Part shown: piece by piece, positions 39,857 through 47,842 of the stretch | Layout: every line of letters starts with the position of its first letter | How positions within the stretch are numbered: position 1 is the first letter of the stretch | Assembly (NCBI GenBank): GCA_001823605.1 | Contig: MHUZ01000034.1 | Span: 38,589-102,588, forward strand | DNA length: 64,000 bases | Source: Candidatus Yonathbacteria bacterium RIFOXYD1_FULL_52_36 | GTDB taxonomy: Bacteria > Patescibacteriota > Minisyncoccia > Phycocordibacterales > UBA1539_B | Direction: 5' to 3' | The notes under the pieces: model-generated | The model's input: only the letters and a program-made list of their open reading frames with translations | Databases searched by the model: none | What the model was told of the DNA's origin: nothing | Translations under genes and position numbers: made by a program

Positions 39857-40321
39857 TTAAAAAACATTCGTGAGATAGGTCGAAACAGTTCGCGTCGTGG
39901 TCGCTGTACGGTCCCAGAAGCTTACCGTTACGGTTACCTTGCGCGTGTTTGGATCAACAGTACCGCCCACGGCAACAATATCATCACTCAGATCACGCGA
40001 TACATCATTGAGCGTGATCGAGCGTTCGAACACCCCATCAACAAACCCTGTGTCGGTCGTACTTGTGGCAAACGCAGTCCCGTTAAAAGCGAGGTAGTAC
40101 ACCGTGCCGTCAGCAGGTGCGCCCACGTTCGCCCAGCCGGTATCGCGGAAAAATCGAGCCACCTCGATCCCCTCTTCGAGCAAAAAACTTGCCTGTACGA
40201 TCTGCGCTGTTGTTCGACTCACCTGAAGTGACGACTGGTAGTACGCGGAAATCCCTACGAGCGACGTCGCAAGGATCGCACTTCCCACAATGATCTCAAT
40301 GAGTCCGAATCCACGATGCAT
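39857..40321 (-). CDS. type IV minor pilin
   Basis: GFGLIEIIVGSAILATSLVGI prepilin signal. Confidence 0.7.
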   Translation of the reverse strand: MHRGFGLIEIIVGSAILATSLVGISAYYQSSLQVSRTTAQIVQASFLLEEGIEVARFFRDTGWANVGAPADGTVYYLAFNGTAFATSTTDTGFVDGVFERSITLNDVSRDLSDDIVAVGGTVDPNTRKVTVTVSFWDRTATTTRTVSTYLTNVF

Positions 40322-40355
40322 AAATATGCTTTTAGTATACACCTCCCCAACACTC

Positions 40356-40817
40356 TTACGAAGAACTCGCCACCCCCGTTCCATTCACGGTGATCGTACG
40401 CGTCTTTGCGGTATCGTTCGTGACGCGGATCACGAACGTGCCGTTCTGTGATGTTTTGCCGGTCAACCGATCAAATAGTACATTCTGTCCGCCTCCCGTA
40501 AGCGTGATCGAGGTGATCTCGAGCGCGCCATCAAGCACAACGTCTTGATTATTCGAATCAGAACTTGAATACGTCGCGCCCTGATAGATCACCGCTTTGT
40601 CTGCTTGGAGGTGTACGCCATATTGGAGGCCATCTTTTGAGGAAAGCGTATCTCCGCGCGCCTGCGAGAGTGCAGTAAGCACGTCTTCTACTGCCGTATC
40701 GAGCACCTTGCTGTTGCGAAATGCGGAAAACGAAGAGAGCACGATCGCTGACAACACCGCAAGGACCGCAACGACGATCAGGAGCTCAAGCAACGTAAAA
40801 CCTTTTTTAGTGAACAT
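40356..40817 (-). CDS. pilA: type IV major pilin (PilA-like)
   Basis: MFTKKGFTLLELLIVVAVLAVLSAIVLSSF canonical prepilin leader plus G/FTLxE. Confidence 0.8.
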   Translation of the reverse strand: MFTKKGFTLLELLIVVAVLAVLSAIVLSSFSAFRNSKVLDTAVEDVLTALSQARGDTLSSKDGLQYGVHLQADKAVIYQGATYSSSDSNNQDVVLDGALEITSITLTGGGQNVLFDRLTGKTSQNGTFVIRVTNDTAKTRTITVNGTGVASSS

Positions 40818-40823
40818 ATGCTC

Positions 40824-42035
40824 CTAGATATTATTCATGACCGAATACATCGGCGAGATCATCGAGATCGCAAAGAATCCAACGCCACCTCCGATCACGA
40901 GCATGAGGATCGGCTCAATAATGGTTGCCATGTCTTTCGTCGCCGCTTCAACCTCTGCTTCGTAGAATGACGCAACGCGCATGAGCATTTCTGAGAGCTT
41001 GCCGGTCTCCTCACCCACTTCGACCATCTCGCCCACCAGGATCGGGTAGATATTGTCTGCCTCTGCGAACGCCACTGAGAGCGCGGTTCCTTTTTGCACG
41101 CCCTGCGATGCCTTTTCGAGCACCTCTTTGTAGTATGAATTCTGGAGCACATCACGCGTAATGTTGATGGACTCGATAATATCCACGCCGGAAGAAAGGA
41201 GCGAGGAAAGCGTGCGCGCGGTGAGCGCCGAGTTTGCTTCTTTGGCGATCCCCGAGACCACCGGCATGTGGAGCACGAACCACTCAAAACTGCGCCTGCC
41301 TCTCGGCGTACGGAGCGCCATGATAAAACCTGTTACCAACACCACGAATCCCAGCAACACCCAAAGCCCATAATTCTGGAGACTATCGCTTATAAAAATG
41401 ATTGCCTTGGTCGAAGCAGGAAGATCACCACCGATCTCCTTGAATGTCCCAATGAGCGTGGGCACCACATAAATGAACATGAGGACCGCAATGATGAGCA
41501 TTGCCGAGATGACCACCGAAGGATAGATCATCGCGCCCTTGATCTTCTTGCGTAGGTTGTAGCTTTTTTCAAGCTGGTTGCCGATCACCGTAAGCGCCTG
41601 TGAAAGGTTGCCTGACTCTTCTCCTGCGCGCACCATGGAAACAAAGAGCGTCGAGAACACCTTTTCGTGCTTGCCCATCGCGTCGGAGAGACTGTTACCT
41701 TTGCTGATCTCTTCGTTTAGGTCGTGGAGGATGCCCTTGAACTTTATGTTCTGGGTTTGCTTCTCAAGGACCGAGAGTCCGCGCGAAAGTGAAAGCCCTG
41801 CATCGATCATCGCCGAAAGATTTTTGGCGAACACGATACGGTCCTGCATCTTGATACGCGTGAGGTACTTGCTCACGTCAATATTCATACCCTTCTTCTC
41901 GACCTCATCGATCGCGATCACCTCTTTGCCTTGTGCTTTGAGCTCTTTGGCGAGCGCGAACTTGTCCGCCGCGTCAGAATCCCCCTCAGTGATTGCGCCG
42001 GAACTTTCTCGTACTTTGTAATGGAATGTAGACAT
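40824..42035 (-). CDS. pilC: type IV pilus assembly platform protein PilC (GspF family)
   Basis: Two T2SSF repeats. 403 aa. 3 TM segments. Confidence 0.85.
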   Translation of the reverse strand: MSTFHYKVRESSGAITEGDSDAADKFALAKELKAQGKEVIAIDEVEKKGMNIDVSKYLTRIKMQDRIVFAKNLSAMIDAGLSLSRGLSVLEKQTQNIKFKGILHDLNEEISKGNSLSDAMGKHEKVFSTLFVSMVRAGEESGNLSQALTVIGNQLEKSYNLRKKIKGAMIYPSVVISAMLIIAVLMFIYVVPTLIGTFKEIGGDLPASTKAIIFISDSLQNYGLWVLLGFVVLVTGFIMALRTPRGRRSFEWFVLHMPVVSGIAKEANSALTARTLSSLLSSGVDIIESINITRDVLQNSYYKEVLEKASQGVQKGTALSVAFAEADNIYPILVGEMVEVGEETGKLSEMLMRVASFYEAEVEAATKDMATIIEPILMLVIGGGVGFFAISMISPMYSVMNNI

Positions 42036-42039
42036 GGGA

Positions 42040-43794
42040 TTATTCGGACACCACGCGGAAGATCTCTTCGATGCTCGTGAGCCCCTTCGCGGCTTTATAG
42101 ATACCGTCTTCGATCATCGTGATCATCTCTTCTTTCTTTGCCTGCGTTTCGATCTCGGCGGCCGTGGATCCCTTGATCACCAGCTCTTTGATCGTGGGCG
42201 ACATTTTCAAAATCTCGTGGATCCCGATGCGTCCCTTGTAGCCATCTTCACACTCATCTGATTTTTTCGCACGATAGAACGGAATGTCACCCCAATCCTG
42301 ATCATCCTTGATGATCTTCTCTTCTTTGAGCACGCCGAGCACGCGATCAAGGTCAATGATCTTGCTGAGACGTGCGATCTCATCATCGTTAAGCAAATAG
42401 CGTTCTTTGCCCGCGTCACACAAACGGCGCACGAGGCGCTGTGCAATGATCACGTTGACCGTCGAAACAATAAGGAACGGCTCAACACCCATGTCGATCA
42501 TGCGCGGGATCGCACCCGCAGCAGAGTTGGTGTGGAGTGTCGAGAGCACCAGGTGTCCCGTGAGTGACGCGTTGATTGCGAGCGATGCCGTTTCTTGGTC
42601 ACGCACCTCTCCCACCATGATGATGTCCGGGTCTTGACGCATGAGCGTACGGAGGCCGTTCGCAAAGGTGAGGCCGATCTCCGATTTCACCTGCGTCTGA
42701 TTCACGCGCGCCATTTGGTATTCGATCGGATCCTCGATCGTCGAGATGTTCACCTCGGGCGTATTCAAAATATCGAGCATTGTATAGAGCGTCGTGGTCT
42801 TTCCTGATCCCGTCGGTCCTGTGGTGAGGAGGAGTCCCACCTTTTGCTTCATGGCATCATGGATGCGCTCAAGTCCTAGGCCGTGAAAACCAAGGCCTTC
42901 GAGCGTAAATCCTGACGATGAGTCCCTCAAAAGACGCATGACGGTCTTTTCACCAAAGTATGTCGGGAGTGTCGAGACGCGGAACGATACTTTCTGATCG
43001 GCGGTCTCGATCTTGAAGCGTCCGTCCTGAGGAAGACGCTTTTCATCGAGCTTCAAGTTCGAAAGCACCTTCAAGCGTGCCGTAATGCCCGGAGCCACAT
43101 CTTTGGGGAGCACCATCGCGTCATGGAGAATGCCGTCAATGCGATACCGAATGACCATTTGTCCTTCCATCGGCTCGATATGAATATCTGACGCTCCCTG
43201 CAGAATGGCGTGGTTGAGCAGCGTATCCACGATCTTCACGATCGGCAGATCTTCAGCAAGCTCTTTCAGGTCTTTTTCTGACTTCTCGCCCCCTTCTTCA
43301 TCCGAAAGCGATTTTACCGATACGGCTTCTTTCTGAATGATGTCACCGAATTCTGACTTGAGGTCTTTTTGGTATTGGACGAGCGCCCCTTTGAGCGAAT
43401 CCTGATCGGTGAGACGGGGGAGAATCTTGAGTCCCACCTTTTTCTTGACGAATTCGATGGCCGTCAGGTTGTCGGTGTCGAGCATCGCCACCTCGAGCGC
43501 CGTGGTGGTCTTTTTGAACGCCACAATGTTGTGTTTGCGGGCGATCGGCTCCGGGATCATCGAAAGCACTTCAAAATCGATCTTCTGACCTTTGAGTGAG
43601 ACGAAGGGGATGCCGAGAATGTACGCTTCTGTTCGGCGCAGATCGTCTTCAGTGACTTTGCCATCGCTTACCAAAATTTCACCGAGGTAGCGCCGTTTGT
43701 CGTGCGCCTTCTTGAGGGCAGCATCAAGGTCAGACGAGGGAATAAGTCCCGCATCGAGGAGAAACTCACCAAGTTGTTCGTCGCGAACGTTCAT
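42040..43794 (-). CDS. pilB: type IV pilus assembly ATPase PilB (GspE family)
   Basis: N-terminal T2SSE_N domain. Walker A TGPTGSGKTTTLY, Asp and His boxes, tetracysteine motif. Confidence 0.9.
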   Translation of the reverse strand: MNVRDEQLGEFLLDAGLIPSSDLDAALKKAHDKRRYLGEILVSDGKVTEDDLRRTEAYILGIPFVSLKGQKIDFEVLSMIPEPIARKHNIVAFKKTTTALEVAMLDTDNLTAIEFVKKKVGLKILPRLTDQDSLKGALVQYQKDLKSEFGDIIQKEAVSVKSLSDEEGGEKSEKDLKELAEDLPIVKIVDTLLNHAILQGASDIHIEPMEGQMVIRYRIDGILHDAMVLPKDVAPGITARLKVLSNLKLDEKRLPQDGRFKIETADQKVSFRVSTLPTYFGEKTVMRLLRDSSSGFTLEGLGFHGLGLERIHDAMKQKVGLLLTTGPTGSGKTTTLYTMLDILNTPEVNISTIEDPIEYQMARVNQTQVKSEIGLTFANGLRTLMRQDPDIIMVGEVRDQETASLAINASLTGHLVLSTLHTNSAAGAIPRMIDMGVEPFLIVSTVNVIIAQRLVRRLCDAGKERYLLNDDEIARLSKIIDLDRVLGVLKEEKIIKDDQDWGDIPFYRAKKSDECEDGYKGRIGIHEILKMSPTIKELVIKGSTAAEIETQAKKEEMITMIEDGIYKAAKGLTSIEEIFRVVSE

Positions 43795-43914
43795 GGGTGC
43801 TTTGGTCAAAGTATACCACGACAATTCGCGCAACGCTGGGGATTAGTATGATTTTCCGATCATGCAAAAATCCCAGAAGATCATTCTGGGGAGGTCCTGG
43901 CTTCTCCAGGGAGA

Positions 43915-44112
43915 TTACTTTGTTCTTCCGTACCGTTTCTCTAGCTCTCCGGAAGCGAGTTCTTTTCCCGACCAGCGTCCAAACCGCGCACCGCATGCCT
44001 GACACGAGATTTCACTTGCCCCATCGTATCGCTCAGGGCTTCCTGGAGCATGCTCAACAAAGACCACGTTCGTGCTGTCACATTTCTTGCATTTTTCTTT
44101 TCCGTTTTCCAT
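43915..44112 (-). CDS. small zinc-ribbon protein
   Basis: CKKCDS...CQAC four-Cys pattern in 65 aa. Confidence 0.35.
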   Translation of the reverse strand: MENGKEKCKKCDSTNVVFVEHAPGSPERYDGASEISCQACGARFGRWSGKELASGELEKRYGRTK

Positions 44113-44125
44113 AAAATATTTGGTC

Positions 44126-45325
44126 TTAATTTTTCTTATTTAAGGACGATGGAACAAAACCGTTTTTCTCCAGGACATAAAATATACCCCGTAGTAAATA
44201 ATTATTGATAAAACCAATCGTGTACACCCTGCTCTTCCCGGGCACAGGACGAAGCATTTCCTTATCTTTAAGTCGCTTGAGAATGCGCGAGCGCTGAACG
44301 GGTGATTCTTTTCCGATGATCACATCGAGGTCTGATGATTTGACGCTCATTGATTTGCTTTTAACCAAAGCGGTTAAAATGCTGAACTCACGTTCAGTAA
44401 TAAGTTTTCGTTCAAGCGCATACGACAAAGACGGTATCAGAATTGTCTCGGTTATATACTTCAGATCAAGCAAGCGATCAATTTTTTCGATCTCCTCTCT
44501 CAGTCCCTCAAGAACGTACGCACACCACCGTAACACCTGTTCTTGCTCACCAGTATCCGCAAGTGCCAAGTTTGCATAGTATTCATTTCGATCCATGCAA
44601 AAGATCGCTGTCGGGTTGAGAATTCTTCCGTTATGGACCTTGAAGCCCTGCTTAATGAGCAGTGCGTAGGTAAACATACGAATTAAACGTCCGTTGCCGT
44701 TATCAAACGGGTGAATCCACGCCATACGATGATGAGAGAGTGCCGTGACCAAGAGGTCGTTCTGGGGACTAGTGTCTGCGTTCACAAAAGCAATAAGCTC
44801 CTCAAAGTAATCCGGCACTTTCACCATATCGGGTGGGATATGTGATGAACCTTGAATTCCGACATTGATCGGTCGCAGACCACCTGGGTAACGAGACCCT
44901 TCTCCGGATGGCGGTGGAGTAAGACCATCCACAATGATCTTGTGCAATTCTGAAATGTGGGCACGCGTGATTATTCCACCCTCCGTAATGGTCTCTTCAA
45001 TGAATTTAATTGCTCGCTCAATGTTAAAAATCTCTCGAATGGATTCCTCTTTGGTATCTTTCGGAACCTGGTCAATGATCTTTTCGACGAATTCTGCAAG
45101 AGTTGTATGATTCCCTTCAATACGCGCAGATCCGAGGCTCTCCATCAGCTGAAAAATATCTTTCAGCTGAAAGAAAATGTACGGCGGCACTGGTCCGCCA
45201 AGCTTTTTTACGCGCAACTTTTCAAGCTCGACAATGGTGCTGGCGAGCTCCGACCCCCACGCCGGTTCGTATATTTTTAGAGGGATTTCTTTGAATTCCC
45301 CTTTATTTACATCTTTAGATTCCAT
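44126..45325 (-). CDS. Fic/DOC family protein (AMPylase-type) with inhibitory helix motif
   Basis: Fic core HPFDNGNGRLIRM. N-terminal SARIEGN matches the (S/T)xxxE(G/N) inhibitory motif. Lower GC than the core genome. Confidence 0.85.
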   Translation of the reverse strand: MESKDVNKGEFKEIPLKIYEPAWGSELASTIVELEKLRVKKLGGPVPPYIFFQLKDIFQLMESLGSARIEGNHTTLAEFVEKIIDQVPKDTKEESIREIFNIERAIKFIEETITEGGIITRAHISELHKIIVDGLTPPPSGEGSRYPGGLRPINVGIQGSSHIPPDMVKVPDYFEELIAFVNADTSPQNDLLVTALSHHRMAWIHPFDNGNGRLIRMFTYALLIKQGFKVHNGRILNPTAIFCMDRNEYYANLALADTGEQEQVLRWCAYVLEGLREEIEKIDRLLDLKYITETILIPSLSYALERKLITEREFSILTALVKSKSMSVKSSDLDVIIGKESPVQRSRILKRLKDKEMLRPVPGKSRVYTIGFINNYLLRGIFYVLEKNGFVPSSLNKKN

Positions 45326-45432
45326 TAATTAACATTTTAAGATAAATTATCTAGTAAATCAAGTGTTTAACAAGATATCTGCTGTACGGTAATTTAACAT
45401 TCTTACATTAACGAAATTAACAGTGGCTCAAA

Positions 45433-45477
45433 AACAAACGGCTCAGCGTAGCTGAGCCGTTTGTTGAGCCGTTTAAT
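45433..45477. repeat. AACGGCTCA palindrome (copy d) with an extra right half-site. Its 26-bp core is identical to copy e.
   Basis: AACAAACGGCTCAGC-GTA-GCTGAGCCGTTTGTT then GAGCCGTTTAAT. Confidence 0.85.
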
Positions 45478-45497
45478 CCATTGCAAATACTGGCTTT

Positions 45498-45956
45498 TTA
45501 CCGGATCGTATAAAACACGTCCTTGCCGGTGGTGCCGTGCTGGCGGATATGTCCTTCTTGTTCAAGCTCGTGGAGATACCGCTCCGCGCTCGCGTCAGAG
45601 ACGCCGAGCAGAGCTTCTACATCGTTATTTTGCACTTGACCGCGCTCGGTGATGAGCGCTAAGACCCGCGCCTTGCGCGCTTCTTTCTCGGCATTCGGTT
45701 CTTTTGCATACACCACTGTCTTGGGTGCGCTTCCCTCCCCATCCTCGATCACGTATGCCGGAAGCTTGCCGCTTGCCATGAGCCAGACCACAGAACCGGA
45801 GCCCACGAACACGAGTGTGAAGAACAGATACTCTGCCGTGCCCATCTCAGGTGCTCCGGCAAAGAATTGCTTGTACGTAACAAAAAGCCAAATAGCGACG
45901 AACAACGGCGGCACGAACCGCTTCTGCCACGCCGGCAAATATACGTTCTTTTTCAT
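45498..45956 (-). CDS. membrane protein with C-terminal winged helix-turn-helix domain
   Basis: Two TM helices then a DeoR/MarR-like wHTH (ERGQVQNNDVEALLGVSDASAERYLHELEQEGHIRQ). Confidence 0.55.
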   Translation of the reverse strand: MKKNVYLPAWQKRFVPPLFVAIWLFVTYKQFFAGAPEMGTAEYLFFTLVFVGSGSVVWLMASGKLPAYVIEDGEGSAPKTVVYAKEPNAEKEARKARVLALITERGQVQNNDVEALLGVSDASAERYLHELEQEGHIRQHGTTGKDVFYTIR

Positions 45957-46100
45957 GTGATTATTGTACCGCAAAACTCCCCAGTAAATCCACAGGCTGT
46001 CCCCAAAAATCACGTCAGGGCATGATTTTGCAGCCCACGGGCTTGATATAATTTAGTTACTGGGATTAGTCGAGCCAGTACAATAAGGAACGAATAGCGT

Positions 46101-46280
46101 ATGGCAAAATATTACCTGAAGAAGGACGTGCGAGGCCAATACTACTGGATTCTCAATTCCAAGAATGGGGAAACAGTTTGCATGAGTAGTGAATCCTACC
46201 TATCCAAGGAGGGAGCAGAAAAATCCCTTAAATGGAACCAGGCAAACGGAAAAACTACTTCTGTTATCGATCTTGCATGA
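46101..46280 (+). CDS. YegP-like (DUF1508) small protein
   Basis: 59 aa, MAKYYLKKDVRGQYYWILNSKNGETVCMSSESYLSKEGAEKSLKWNQANG. RBS AAGGAA. Below the ORF-track length cutoff. Confidence 0.55.
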   Translation: MAKYYLKKDVRGQYYWILNSKNGETVCMSSESYLSKEGAEKSLKWNQANGKTTSVIDLA

Positions 46281-46415
46281 CACAAGAGGTTAATTGAGCA
46301 AACGTGCCGGGCTATAGAGATCCCGCGGAGAAGGAGAATTGATTGTGTCACGGCTACTCACCTACGGAGCTAGAAAAGCACACCTCGTTCATGGTAAAAC
46401 CCACGAAAGTGGGTT

Positions 46416-46970
46416 TTACCATTTTAAGTATTGTTTTGCCTCAACTAAGACCGCATTGCGCACTGCCTTACAGAGATTTAGTAATTTTGTTTGCTCGAGA
46501 ATCATAAAATCATTCTTTTTAGGCGTAAGTACTCCGTACCTCAAAGACTCGACTGGGTAAACCCTGATAATCTCGTTACTTAAATAAAAATCAAAGTAGT
46601 GGTGATTGAATGTTTTCCCGTTACTCTTTTGTTTAGAAAGTTTCACTTTCTTTACCCCTGCGGTTAACATAAAATCTTCACCGACCCCTTGATAATGATA
46701 TATATGATCTAACTCGTGACCAAAAGCTGACGCTCTTTTATTTATTTCCTCAATATCAAGGTTATCGTATTTCTCCCAACGCAAACACATAAACGATTTG
46801 GCATACAACTCAAGAGCATTAGAAGCAAGGAATAAGTAGGCTCCTCCAGCATCCGAAACATCATTTTTTGTCTTTTCCATCAGCGAAACACATTCGGACG
46901 CAAATTTAAAAGTTAGGTAGCGAGCTAAAAATAATTCTGCAATCTTTTTTGCATCGTTATTATTTTTCAT
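46416..46970 (-). CDS. low-GC hypothetical protein with a possible HEPN-like Rx5H motif (RASAFGHELDH)
   Basis: 184 aa, AT-rich codon usage unlike the core genome. Family call is tentative. Confidence 0.45.
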   Translation of the reverse strand: MKNNNDAKKIAELFLARYLTFKFASECVSLMEKTKNDVSDAGGAYLFLASNALELYAKSFMCLRWEKYDNLDIEEINKRASAFGHELDHIYHYQGVGEDFMLTAGVKKVKLSKQKSNGKTFNHHYFDFYLSNEIIRVYPVESLRYGVLTPKKNDFMILEQTKLLNLCKAVRNAVLVEAKQYLKW

Positions 46971-47052
46971 GATTTTAAAATAAATTAAAATTATCTATTT
47001 GTATGTTTTTATACAACTCAAATAAAAATTCAATGCGGGATTCTTTGGTGGG

Positions 47053-47829
47053 CTATCTCCATCCACGCCCCCTTTTTACTATTTTTTCGTGTGTCTGCTT
47101 CTTGGGGCATGCCGTTAGGCTTGTTTCAAATTGCTCATTGCACACCGAGCATATACACATGCCTTCCTTTCCTAAAAGCGGAGCTCCATTAATCTCATAC
47201 AGCAGGATCAAAAAATCCCTCAAGGTCACGCTCGCCCACTCACAAAAATTTTTAGTTAATTGAACTTTATACGATCTGCGCCCTTTCCATTTATACTTAT
47301 ATATGCGAACCGCGCCTTTGCGATTTTTACTTAAACGTTTAAAGGCAGCAAATGATTTTTCATCCTTCCCTACAAAATCATAGCCATCATTATGTGCAAA
47401 AAAATTCCTTATTTTATTTAAATCAGTAACCTTTTCCAATTCCTGCGGAATAACCCCATTGCATACACTCTCCAAATACTTAAAAGATCGCCAAGTTCCA
47501 TTCCCATCAAGATCTCGCACCTTAATGTTATGTACCTGCTCTTCCATTACGCACAGATTGGCAAGATATCTTTCAAAATCACTGTAGAGCACAAGGAGGT
47601 ACGCGCCATACCAGTGATTTAAATTTGCAAAATTAGCCCAATGCTGATCTGCTTCTCGTTCCAGCAACAACCTCCTGCTTTTTGAGATACTGCCATAATG
47701 TTCTGTAAAAATGCTCAAGTACTCTGACTTACGATGATTTATATTCTCGTCGATGAGATTAAGCAGATCGAAATGCTTTGAAAGAAAGTCTTCTTCAATC
47801 CACTTTACTTCGCTTTGATCCAAAAACAT
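47053..47829 (-). CDS. Abi_2/HEPN-like abortive-infection-family protein
   Basis: IRNFFAHNDGY matches the RNxxAH (Rx4-6H) HEPN/Abi_2 motif. Low GC. Cys-rich C-terminus. Confidence 0.55.
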   Translation of the reverse strand: MFLDQSEVKWIEEDFLSKHFDLLNLIDENINHRKSEYLSIFTEHYGSISKSRRLLLEREADQHWANFANLNHWYGAYLLVLYSDFERYLANLCVMEEQVHNIKVRDLDGNGTWRSFKYLESVCNGVIPQELEKVTDLNKIRNFFAHNDGYDFVGKDEKSFAAFKRLSKNRKGAVRIYKYKWKGRRSYKVQLTKNFCEWASVTLRDFLILLYEINGAPLLGKEGMCICSVCNEQFETSLTACPKKQTHEKIVKRGRGWR

Positions 47830-47842
47830 ACAAGGGGTAAAG

